A stretch of DNA of 63,266 bases, counting the filler, from Craspedostauros australis (taxonomy: Eukaryota): NCBI GenBank assembly GCA_030167865.1. It is 7 parts of 7 records of this genome, joined end to end, with 100 filler letters (N's around TTAATTAATTAA, not from the genome) between each part and the next. Parts side by side here need not be neighbours in the genome. Positions count along the whole stretch, not along the records: positions 1 to 16,929 come from JALAGF010001673.1; 6 more parts are not named here. One strand, 5' to 3'. This document shows positions 1 through 11,014 of the stretch, piece after piece. Position numbers and translations under genes: made by a program. Each line of letters begins with the position of its first letter. Within the stretch, counting starts at the first letter, position 1. The notes under the pieces were generated by a model. It was not told the origin of the DNA and ran no database searches. It saw nothing but the letters and a program-made list of their open reading frames with translations.

Positions 1-2
1 CA

Positions 3-227
3 ACTCTCCCAGAGTACGCATTTGATGAATTCGACGGCCTCGACCTACTTGGAGACAACTTGTTGGGGACCGGCCTGAATGAGCCAATGAAGGAGGACAG
101 CAATGACGAGGACAGCAGCTACGAGGACAGCAATGATGAGGGCAGCAATGATGAGGACAGCAGCGACGAGGACAGCAGCGAGGAAGAGGACAGCAGCGAC
201 GAGGACACCAGCGAGGAAGAGGATTGA
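3..227 (+). CDS. 3' end of a window-truncated ORF with an acidic EDS(S/N)D repeat tail; product unknown
   Basis: Frame 3 is open from the window start: TLPEYAFDEFDGLDLLGDNLLGTGLNEPMKEDSNDEDSSYEDSNDEGSNDEDSSDEDSSEEEDSSDEDTSEEED*, with TGA at 225-227. The tail is a 15-nt repeat. Confidence 0.4.
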   Translation, partial: TLPEYAFDEFDGLDLLGDNLLGTGLNEPMKEDSNDEDSSYEDSNDEGSNDEDSSDEDSSEEEDSSDEDTSEEED

Positions 228-1252
228 TGACATCGTACCGAAATACATATAACAGTAAACAAGCCACACACACACTCTTGTACGCAGTAGCAAATAGTAA
301 ACCAGTAATTCGCCGCATACAAATAAGCAGCAAACATCAGTACTGTATGACAATGGAGCAAAATTCTGTTGTTCCATCCACTTAAAGGTCACGAAATGAA
401 TAGAAATATCGGGCATGGCAGTTTGCTCGCCTTTTCGCGATATTTTGATGTTGATGCAATTATATTTCAACACATGGCATTACCGCGCCTCCCAGCAAAT
501 GATGCACGTCAATTTCCCCATCAGAAATCGCATTTTTGGATTTCGTTCCGATTTTGGAAAAGTCGGTGGCGAGGGGCACAGAAGATGCGGCGGCAAAAGT
601 GGCCAATTCGCAACAACTGCAGGAGCAGAGAGTGATCTCTCTCGCGTGGGCAATCAAGGTTGGGAGACAACCGAGGCCGCAAATGATACGGTGTAGTTAT
701 TCATGCCGAGCAATAAGCTATTGATAGAATAAAATTGGGTACTCTCTCTAGAGTAGAGTATGCTATTTTGCGCCATGTCTCATTGCGTGAGTATTGTCTC
801 GAAGGCAGTCCAGACATCTGTAAGTCTCCGAGCAACGCTGTTATCATTGCTGTTGCGCCTGTACCGGCGCGAAGAAGAAGTCGTATGTTGACTTGCGATG
901 GTCGGCAAGATGGAATGCGACTGGTGTTGCATCCTTTTGGCAAGAGAGAGACAGAGATCAATCTCTTTCCATTCATGAATACATGCGTGCATCGCTGGTA
1001 CTGTGTAGCATTCTTCCTTGCGAGCGTATTGAACACATGGATACATGGATACATCTATGCACCCACCCGCCACTCGTGAGTCTTCCTGTGGTGGCCGTGC
1101 ATGCGCCCGTAATGCGGTAAGCATGATGTAGTTGAGGAGTATGATACCACATCCCTTGTCGCGAAACCTGTTGCATCAATAGCTCGTACCATCGTCGGCC
1201 AATCCACATGATGAGCAAGATGGAAGCACAGAGCTGCGCATGCTGCTACTCT

Positions 1253-2207
1253 CTACTTTCCTTTGGACATTCCTCCTCCGTATTTGCCCTTCTCCACTCC
1301 GGCGTCCTTGTACTTGGATTTTCCGAAGCTGATTGGGACGTACTTGTGCTTGTACATGTGCATGATCTGTCTCTTCATGGTCATGAAGAAGAGCACGAAG
1401 AAGTACATGAGGAGGATGGGCCAGAAGACAGGCACATCGAAGACCGAGAAGAAGGTCATGACTATACACGTGCAAACGCCCTTGGAGCATGCCAACCAGA
1501 ACTTGAACTCCGGCAACCGTCTCGAGAACGGTCTGAATTCCTTGCCTTCATTCGATGTCGTTGGCAGACCTGGCCCGGAATCCTTCGGGTCCTCCAGCGG
1601 CGACAGGAAGGCGATGAAGTTGTTCAGCAGAAAAATCCCCAGCCCGTACGCGACGATGAAGTATCCCTGGACGAGGTACACTCTCAGGAAGAACAATGCC
1701 AGCAGCACCACGAAGGTGACCCAACGTGGCACAACATGAATCGTCGACTTGTCCAACCAGTACTGTATGACTCTCTTGACTGCGTGGCGTTTGTGTTGCA
1801 TGGCATTGCGCCATGATGCAGAAGAGCATGGAGTAGAGTGAAGGAGAGCAGAGTCGAGCAGTGCGTGAGCGTGATGGGATGGTTGGGCGCAAAAGCAAAC
1901 AGAAGGAAGAAGATCGGCGGTTGGAATGTCGGTCAGCAAAGCAGGAATTTCCAACAGGATCGCAACGTGGCTCGGGGCAGCTCGGGCCCTCTTTGTATAG
2001 TAGCGTGTGCATTGTGCACAAGACGACATGGAACAACTCGAGGCATCCCCGAGATTCGCCAGCCATCAAGACGCTGAGCGGAGAGGCGTTCGCGGTGACC
2101 AATCGGCAAATCTGGCAAAAATGCAAAAAAGCAAACTCACTTTGCGCATGTTGCTGCTCCAACGATGCCCGTCCTCCTGCGGATGAATCGTTTGTCTCTT
2201 CCATCAT
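1253..2207 (-). CDS. RER1: Rer1, Golgi-to-ER retrieval receptor (exons 2207-2141, 1779-1253)
   Basis: Rer1 motifs: QYWLDKS, YIV.YGLGIFLLNNFIAFLSP-like, EFRPFSRRLPEFKFW, FDVPVFWPILL.YF, TMKRQI.HM.K.KYVP. The GTGAGT...CAG intron (2140-1780) joins in frame (HAQ-I-KRVIQY). Confidence 0.95.
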
Positions 2208-2895
2208 TGTGTTGACCTTGTGGAGTAATCGAATCCTTTCCTTCTCCTTGCTATGCTTTGTTGCTCTTCTGGTGCTGGTGTGTTGCTGTTGCTATGTTGC
2301 TATCTTACGCCATGCGCTATCACGTTGTGACGATTGCTCACTGTCGTTGTTGTTCCTTTGTGTGGTGCTCGGCGTGCGGTGCTGCGTGTGGTGTTGCGCG
2401 TGCTTGTTCGCGATCGGGGGAAACAGGTGGTCTTTGTTGTTCGTCAAACGAAGACGGCTGGCTTCGTCATCTTTGCCGCCTTCGTTTGTGTGAGCAGTCA
2501 TTTCCAAAACGGGAATCAAATTGTTGTTGAGTCGCATGATTCCAACAGTGAGACGTGAGGGAAGCGGTGAATTACAATAAAAAATGCGGAAATCGAGCAA
2601 CCAAGCAAAGCAACAGATCTTCTTGGTGGCAACCTTGTGTTCGCACACACATCCATGTTCGTAGCCATGCTCTCTTGTCGCTGGCGCGGCTCGACCATCC
2701 CCACAATTCATCTCCATCTTCGTCTCCATCTCCATCAAGGAGAGAGACAAATCCTGGAGAAGCAGCGTGGCACGAGCGCTCTCACGATACCTTTCTCACA
2801 AAAGATCAGCATGCGATCCAGAGGTTGATCCATCAACGCAAGTGTCATTGAAAGAGGCAACTTTACTTCCGCTTCATGACGACAGGGATCAAGCC

Positions 2896-4463
2896 ATGAT
2901 GATGCAGAGACGAAAGATGAACTGGAACAGCCGTCCGCTCATGTTGCGGAAACAGAATCGCCGTTGCCATTTCGGCACGATGCAATTCTTGCTCGGCTTC
3001 GCGCTTTTGGCGGTCGCGCTGCTCCAGCTTGTGATCGTGGAGATTTGGTCACCGCTGGATGGCGATGGTGCTCGTGTTGGCAATGCCATTAGCGACAGCA
3101 GGCTTCCGTCATCGTCGTTCAATCAAACAGCAACAGGAACAGGAGCCACAGCGAGATCGTATGGCAGCCCAGAGCAAGAACACGATGCGTGGGAAGCATT
3201 TCTGGCAGGAGATGATCGCGACAACAGCGACGCCAACAAGATGATGATGAGCGGCGGAGGAAGGCAGGTGTCACCTCTCGGTGATGAAGATCGACAATTT
3301 TATACTGTGCGCATCAACACATGGAAGCGCAATGCTCAATTGATAGCGGCGGTGGATCATGTCGCGACCTGCGAAGGGGTTGCCTCCGTCCAGATTATTT
3401 GGTGTGACCAAGAAGCAGAGCCTCCTGCGGAGATTGCGAACCATGGTTCCGGCAAGGTTGTCATCGAGCATCACACAATCAACAATCTCAACGAGCGATT
3501 CCGGATCCTGGAACCGGCGCCGACCTTGGGGATTCTCAACATCGACGATGATATTGTGCGTCCGTGCGAAGCTCTCGATGCTGGATTCTTCAAATGGACG
3601 CAGGCTCCAGATCGGATGGTTGGCTACGACAGCAGAATGCACGTCGAATCCGACGATGGCACGTGGCAGTACGGGTATCAGAGGTATGTACTTTCTATCC
3701 CGTCGAATCGTTGCGGTGCGAGTGACGCTCTCTCGTTCCATCTTGGACCACTCGGACCCTCTCACAATCTCCTGTTCATCTTTTGTCAACACCATGCGAC
3801 ACTGGCAAAACTACATGTGCACATACCATGCATACTCGTAAACTTGGCGGCGAATGCAGCACGACGTTCAAAGCAAACAGGTACACGATCAGCCTCACGA
3901 GGTGTTGCTTCCTGCACAGAGACTATCTGGATTGGTACACAAATAACCTGCCGCGATCTATCTATGACAAGGTGGCAGTTGCTTTCAACTGTGAAGATAT
4001 CGCCATGAGTTTCATGGTCTCATCGCGCACCAACGGCCAGCCGCCTTTGCTGGCCGATTGCTGGGCCATCCAGTCGATGATCAAGATGGAGACCGGATCC
4101 AAGATAAGCGGCACGAAGAACCACAAGCGCTTGCGCGATGAATGCGTCGACAGCTTTGCGCACATTCTTGGGGTGAAGGATGACGGTGATCATGCCTTGC
4201 AATCGGCGACCATCATGCACAAACATGATAAGCTGGTGCGTTGTGGGGCCGCGCTGGATGGTTGGGATGCGTCCTATGCAGGAGGATCGACCGAACTTCA
4301 GCAACGGCAACCGCATCGACAAGAACGGCTCCGCAAGCTATCGCAGATGATCGAAAGGTGGCGGAACCTCGATTCCAAATCGGTACGAAAGGAGATGGGG
4401 CGCATGATGTACAAAGCTGCAGCGCCAGCGTACAAACGAGGCCTGATACGGTTGAAATCATAG
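2896..4463 (+). CDS. Glycosyltransferase family 64 (EXTL2/EPC1-like), type II membrane protein (exons 2896-3683, 3860-4463)
   Basis: N-terminal TM helix; GT64 motifs YTVRINTWKR, NNLNERF, ILNIDDD (DxD), APDRMVGY, FNCEDIAMSF, H...RDECV. The GTATGT...CAG intron (3684-3859) restores frame. Start codon uncertain. Confidence 0.88.
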
Positions 4464-4568
4464 TAGCGCCGAGGAATGGGTTGTCTGCTTCGTCTGACTT
4501 GACATGGCTTCGCCTCCTTTCGCGCATCATCTTGCCACATCATCCGGTCCTTTCCGCCATCCCTTCCT

Positions 4569-5612
4569 CTATGCAATTTGCCGGACATTCTGTAATCGAA
4601 AGAAGGCGCCGCTGGACGCATTCGACAGGCAATCTGCAACCAACGTGCTGCAATTGTATACACGTTTCCTGCCATGATCCAGAGCTTCCGGAGCATACAT
4701 CCGCATGCAGGTCTCGATCCAGACACCATGAGAAACAATCACGACGTTGTTTTCCTTGCAGTGGCACAGATCGTTCATGAAGCTCATGATCCTTTCCGAT
4801 AGCATGGACATGCTCTCACGGTTCTGTGGGTGCCAAAGCGCATCCTCCTCCGACATGCCCGTCTCGAATTCGACGCCTGGCCAATGTTTCTGTTGCAGAT
4901 GATTGCATACGTCGGTACGATCATTGGGATGGGGGAGGTAAATTCCATGGTATGGAGTGATCCGCATCACATGAAAAGTGAAAAGGGAGAAACAGCAAAG
5001 CAGAAAACAGAAATTAGAGATTGGACAACTAAGTCGAGCACTACGTAGACTCAGTCTGCCACGGGGATTGAACCAAGCATGTTACAGCGATGGCACACAA
5101 CTTAGAGCCTTGGAAACGTTGGCATGCTCTCTATCATGGCTACGAGTACCATGGGTACTCCAACGCCCCATCACGCTCGGTGCCATGAAACACCCCCTGC
5201 CAACCGTCCGTACCATCAGGACCGACTTCTGCCGCCGTCTGTCGGTGTAGTGCCTTCCACAGGCCTCGCGAACGTTTTCTTTGCAAAACACGCGCGGGTG
5301 CTTGGAATTCTCGCTGTAGAAGTCGCCCTCCAAGAACACCAGATTGGCCGTTTGAAGACATCGAGTCAGCGGCGATGTGATGACGAGATCGACGGGAGTC
5401 TGCGGATATTCATTCTCCCACCATGTTCTCAGCTTGACGCCGCACTGGATGGCCTGATGTTTGCCTTGCGGTATGAGAGTGGAATCAAGAAGAGTCGGAT
5501 CGTTTGGATCAGGCGGTTTGCCAGTTGCTCGGTCGACGACGTTGTGCTTTGCGACGCCGTGTCGGATGAACACGATGCGTTGGCAACGTATGGTGGTCGG
5601 AGTTGAGTCCAT
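4569..5612 (-). CDS. Histidine phosphatase / phosphoglycerate mutase-like protein (exons 5612-5214, 4889-4569)
   Basis: Catalytic motifs IVFIRHG, ITSPLTRCLQTA, E..RE and VVIVSHG. The GT...CAG intron (5213-4890) joins SVLM to KHWPGVEF in frame. Confidence 0.88.
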
Positions 5613-6261
5613 CAGGATCGTTGATTGCAATGATGCGATTGGATGCGAGGGCAAGCTTTCGTCAGTTCTGTGGGCAACCGGCGAACAGATATGTGTCGAG
5701 CAGGCAACAGAGCAGCAGGGGGCAACGAACAGTTGATGTGGAGATCGCGCAACTGACGAGAATGCCAGAACATGGTCAAAATTTGGCTTCTGACTTGTCG
5801 TATCCACGAATCGAAAAAAAATGAAGTATCCATTCAGCAACATTCCGACGCCTTGCTCCAAGTCGCAGAACCTCTCTCTCTCTCTCTCTGTACTCGTAGC
5901 TCGTATGTCTGAGATCGGGCAGCAAGCAGGGGGAACTCCCTGCACTACGATTCCATATATTCTATGTTATGCTCTACGCAACTTACGATAGTGGGAAGTG
6001 GGCGCAGGCATCGGGCTGCATCTATGTTTGAATATGGCATGGCTTGAATTCTGATTGCCTAAAGTGGAATATCTTGATTTGGATGAACGGATGGTAGATG
6101 ATACTATGTGTTCGAGTATGGCTTCGGTGTTCTTGTCCGCACATGCAGTGTGCGTGCATGAAATCGACCACACCGCATGGAGCATGCACATCGCCATGAA
6201 GTCAGCGGATTTCCCTTTTGCATCTCGTACTCGTCGCTTCGGTGCCTCCCGCTCGACACTC

Positions 6262-6999
6262 CTACAGTTCGTCTTCATGAAGGATCATGTTCGGTATGCC
6301 CTGCTTGATTGGGAATTTCCGGCCGGTATCAGGACAAATGAGTTGCCCTGTAATCACGTGGACATTGAACAGTGCATCGTATAGGATCTTTTGTATCGTG
6401 GCATCATTCTGCAACGTTTCCTGCGTTGGGGGTTCCTTTGGCATGCTGGCAGCGGGAGCGAGCTGTTTTATTTGCTCCGCGGATGTCTTTGATGAATCAC
6501 CATCATTCTTGGCAGTATCAGCAGCAGCTGTTGCAGCAGCCGCCGTGGTGATCACCTGATCATAAGCTTGAACTAAGGCATCGTACTTCATCCTGGATAT
6601 CATTTTCACCAACAGTTCCGCGTCGACAGGTGAATCCTCGATGACGACCTCCTTTGCTTCGATTCTGAGAGGGTAACCCTTGGTCGTTCTGCAAGTCGGT
6701 CGGTCGATCGGTGGATTGATTCGGTGAGTGGGTTTGGTGATTGATGATTTGCGATTGACGATTTTCAGGTGATGGAGGAATCCCGAACCAAATGGAAGAT
6801 TGAAGAGGATAGTAATAGAAGCTGGTGAGGATTCATGCATGCATTATTCATGCATTCATTCAATGCAATCCATTCAAGGCGCAAGTCTCAGACCAACTCC
6901 ATCTGAAGCACGCTATCTTGCTTCGCATTCGAAGAAGTGGAGTATTCGTACGCACCCTTTCACGTTGGATTGAAGGAAGTTGTGCGTGAGTAATCTCAT
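6262..6999 (-). CDS. TRM112: Trm112, methyltransferase activator subunit (exons 6999-6956, 6688-6262)
   Basis: Exon 1 reads MRLLTHNFLQSNVKG; exon 2 reads TTKGYPLRI...GQLICPDTGRKFPIKQGIPNMILHEDE. Intron GTGCGT...CAG spans 6955-6689. Confidence 0.93.
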
Positions 7000-7566
7000 C
7001 TTCGCGACTTTTATACGATGTAATTATTCGTATTGGTATTATTCTATTGCGAGATGGTGGCTTCGATTGATGTGCTTGTGCTACTCAGATTTGTACTCAT
7101 ACGATCTTTTGCGTGTATCATGCATCCTGCCTCTCTTGGAGATGGTTGTTCTGTCGCAGTGTCGTTGCGTCAGCGTCGTCTGCGTCCGATGCAGTTGCAG
7201 ATGGTGGATGGAGATCGTGATGGGTGGGAGTTTGTCGATCTCGGTTTGTGTTTTGTGTCGCGTCGTCTGACCTTTGTCCGTGTGGCAGCTGATCAGCCCA
7301 AACCTCACGTCCCAAAATGAGGAAGATTGTTGGTTGTTCGCATGTTACTGTTGTTGTTGTTGGCTCCTTCCTTCCCTCTCTCTCTCTTGGTTGACCATGA
7401 TGATCCCCATCGATCCTCTTGCCACCACCATCTCCAGATAGAGTTGAGCAGTGCTCTGTGCATCCACATCCACAAAGCAACAGCTGCAACACCAAGCTTC
7501 CACCAAACGTGCAAGATAGAACAGAGCTAATCAGGTAATAGGAAACGCAATAGCCACGGCAGGACA

Positions 7567-7568
<2 letters not shown>

Positions 7569-7600
<32 letters not shown>

Positions 7601-7623
7601 GCAGCAGCAGCAGCAACAACAAC
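7569..7623 (+). repeat. (CAG/CAA)n trinucleotide tract in the 5' leader of eIF2-alpha
   Basis: Run of cagcaa/cagcag units ending a few nt before the ATG at 7631. Confidence 0.85.
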
Positions 7624-7630
7624 TTCTATC

Positions 7631-8641
7631 ATGACAGAGGAAGGAGAGAAGAAGGTGATTGACGCCGTCCCCACCACGATGGACGACGAAGACGTGGGCG
7701 ACTTCCGCATCTACATCGCGGACGACAAGAAGAACCTGAACTGCCGATTTTACGAGAACCAGTACCCGGAGATCGAGTCCGTGGTCATGGTGAACGTGCG
7801 GGACATCGCCGACATGGGCGCCTACGTGTCGCTGCTGGAATACGATGGCATCGAGGGAATGATCCTCCTGTCCGAGCTGTCCCGCCGCCGCATCCGATCC
7901 ATCCACAAGCTCATCCGCGTCGGCCGCAGCGAGGTCGTCATGGTGCTGCGCGTGGACAAGGAGAAGGGGTACATCGATCTCAGCAAGCGACGAGTGTCGC
8001 CGGAGGACGTCGCCGCCTGCGAGGAGCGCTTCAACAAGGCCAAGGCCGTGCACGGCGTCCTCCGGCATCTGGCGGAACGCCGCAAGTACTTCCTCCAGGA
8101 CCTCTACGAAAAGATCGGCTGGCCGCTCTACAAGAAATACGGCCACGCCTTCGACGCATTCAAACTCGCCATCTCCGAGGACCGCAACTCCGGCGATCCC
8201 CTCGCCGACCTCGACATCCCCGACGACTTGAGGGAGGAGCTCAAGAAGTACATCCTCAGACGCCTCGCCCCGCAGCCAATAAAGATCCGCAGTGACATCG
8301 AGGTTTCGTGCTTTGCATACGCCGGCATCGACGCCATCCGCGCGGCGCTGCAGGCCGGCATGGCTGTCGGCAACGAGCAGAGTCCGATCCGCATCAAGCT
8401 CATTGCTCCCCCGATCTACGTCCTCTCCACGACGACGCTGGAGAAGGAGGCGGGCATCGCCCTCCTCAACAAATCCATCGAGACCATCAAGGACAATATC
8501 ACTGCGCAAGGTGGCAAGCTGGATGTCAAGATGGAGCCAAAGGCCGTCAGTCTCAAGGAGGAGACCGCTCTTCAGCAGATGATGGATCGGTTGGCATTGG
8601 AGAACGAGGAGGTCGACGGAGACGCGCCAGAGGAAGACTAA
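7631..8641 (+). CDS. EIF2S1: Eukaryotic translation initiation factor 2 subunit alpha
   Basis: CRFYENQYPE, MGAYVSLLEY, GMILLSELSRRRIRSI (Ser51 phosphosite loop), VLRVDKEKGYIDLSKRRVS, IKLIAPPIYV. Intronless. Confidence 0.97.
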   Translation: MTEEGEKKVIDAVPTTMDDEDVGDFRIYIADDKKNLNCRFYENQYPEIESVVMVNVRDIADMGAYVSLLEYDGIEGMILLSELSRRRIRSIHKLIRVGRSEVVMVLRVDKEKGYIDLSKRRVSPEDVAACEERFNKAKAVHGVLRHLAERRKYFLQDLYEKIGWPLYKKYGHAFDAFKLAISEDRNSGDPLADLDIPDDLREELKKYILRRLAPQPIKIRSDIEVSCFAYAGIDAIRAALQAGMAVGNEQSPIRIKLIAPPIYVLSTTTLEKEAGIALLNKSIETIKDNITAQGGKLDVKMEPKAVSLKEETALQQMMDRLALENEEVDGDAPEED

Positions 8642-9457
8642 GCAAACAACCAAAGACAGAACAAACCATTACACTACGAGTATCCTGAATGTAGCAGAGC
8701 AATATAGTGGCAAAGTGCTACTGTTCTCCTCTCTCTCGGATAGTGTTGGCGGAGACACATCGCTCAATTCGACATGCATTCGGTACAACTGTGCCATGGC
8801 ACAACTACTATAGACTCAGCGAGGATGTATCACCTTTGGAGATGGGGCAGAAGCACGACAATACATGCAGCAATCATACGACTGTAGTACAACTACAGAT
8901 ACTCAACCAACATCCTTGTCTTCCCCCCATCTCGCTCATATTGTACATCACCAAGAGCTGTCGTCCGAACAAGCACTCTGTGGTATGATAATCTGGGAGG
9001 ATGCGTGGAGTCGGTCTAACCGCACTCTGCGATAGAATCTCCCAACAACATGCCTGTTTGGGCCAAACGTGGAAACGCAATAGTACTCCATTAGTGTCTA
9101 AATTCATAAGTCCACGATCGTGTGAGTCGATTCCAAATAGTAACGGCGGTAAGTCGCGTTGCGCCATGGTGGTTCTGTTCGTCTCCGCCCAACAAGAGGC
9201 GTTGTTGTGTGCCCACCGCCGAACAGTCAACCAACCAAGGAAACGGTGAAGGGAGGGACGCAACCGCGCCGCCAAGGAACCGCACCAAGGACAACAGCAA
9301 CATCAACCGAAGCTGCCAACATCAACCAAAAACACAACCTGAAAGAACTCAAGCCGTCACGTTCCGTTTGACTTAAACTGCCTGTGTTCCGTTGTATCCC
9401 CAACACCAACTACTACACACCCACCACCACCAACAACAACACCAATACCAATTCACG

Positions 9458-10484
9458 ATGGATAGCCTTACCAAAGCCCAGAAGGACGAGTTCGCCACGG
9501 CGTTCGCAATCCTTGCCCTTTACGATGGAGGTGTACGTTCCCAGCCAAGCGTTGCTGCATGATCGATGATGGATGTGTTGGGATCGACGGTATGATCCCG
9601 AGAGATGTGAAAGTGGAAGCCGCATCAGCGCTGCTCTGCGCCTCGCTGTTGGGCGTTGCAGAATGGTCCGCCATTTCCGACCAGCGCATACTTGGAAGAA
9701 ACAGCAAGTTGAAATCGTGGCAATTGACAATCACTACATCAGCATACTTGTGCTCACCGACATCCCTACGTCCTTTCCACGTTTCCAACTCCTGTGTACC
9801 GTGCACCTTGCTCGTGCTGATGGATGGTCATGTCATGTTGGTGTGGAATCATTTGGGTGCTTCGGACGAACGAACAAACACAAATATTATACACTCCACA
9901 CCACACAACACCACAGGCCGATGTCACATCCGAGCAGATCAACAACCTTCTCGAGGCCACAGGCAACACTGAGGTCGAGGCCTTCTACCCAATTATCTTC
10001 GCCAACTACCTGGGCACACCAGAGAAGATTGGAGAGCTGATCGCTACACCAGGCGGCTCCGGAGGCGGAGGTATGTTTTACGCGAAAGATGCCTGCATGT
10101 GTGGGCGTTCGAGTCCCTGTTTGAAAGGACCAGACAAGTCGTGACGGCGGGTCCTGCTGATTGATCTTAGGATGGCGGGGCGAGACTTTTGTATCCATTG
10201 AACAAACCACGACGCATTCGTAAAGCTCACTTTTCTATTGTCCTCTCATGTCCTGTTTGCGACAATGTCATTCGCGCTCCCAATCGGACGACTCATCTCC
10301 ACAATACCTTGCACATCAAATTGAATTGAACTTGCGTTGCTCAGGCGGTGGTGGCGGCGGAGCCGGAGGTGAAGCTGCTGCTGAGGAAGAGGAGAAGGAA
10401 GAAGAAAAGGTCGAAGAGGAAGAGATGGACCTGGGTGGCGGCATGGACATGTTCGGAGGAGATGAAGGAGGCGGCGACTATTAG
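9458..10484 (+). CDS. RPLP1: 60S acidic ribosomal stalk protein P1 (exons 9458-9532, 9917-10070, 10345-10484)
   Basis: Spliced product: MDSLTKAQKDEFATAFAILALYDGG-ADVTSEQINNLLEATGNTEVEAFYPIIFA...GGGG-GGGAGGEAAAEEEEKEEEKVEEEEMDLGGGMDMFGGDEGGGDY. Introns GTACGT..CAG (9533-9916) and GTATGT..CAG (10071-10344) are phase-compatible. Confidence 0.9.
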
Positions 10485-11014
10485 AATGTCAATTCTCTGT
10501 AGACTTCGTTCTAGTTCGTACAATCACACGGGAAAGCGTAGAGTATGTCTTGTCATGACGAGTGCTCTCTATCCATGTTGTCTGTTTTCTCGTAGTCGGA
10601 GGGGACTCTGTGCTTGCGGGTATGAAGCTCTGTCCAAGGGAATCACGGTGCTGCTACGTTGGCTTACACTGTAGCTGTGTAAGTTGCTGAGCTACCTCAA
10701 AGCTATGCTCCCAACACTGTCCTATGCCAGCGTATAGCACCAACATGACGTTCCCGCCACATCTTCCAACTAACCGAACATGCACATATTTACATCAAAC
10801 AACAGGGAGCTTCGCAGCAGATCATTTGTTTTTTTGGCGTACCACTTGACGTGGTCCATTGTTCTATACAGTGGAGTTAATCTCATCCGCTATGGGTAGT
10901 CGACGAAATCAGGCGTGCGCATGCCGCACACACCCGATTGCTGTTGGTTGGGTTTCCTTGGCGTGTGTGTGTGTTTTGGGCTTGGGTGCAGCAGCCCGCA
11001 ACAGTACGACTCAT

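Noticed and set aside
7118..8653. 511-aa minus-strand ORF with poly-Cys
   Set aside because: Antisense shadow of eIF2-alpha; the poly-C run is the reverse of the CAG/CAA tract.
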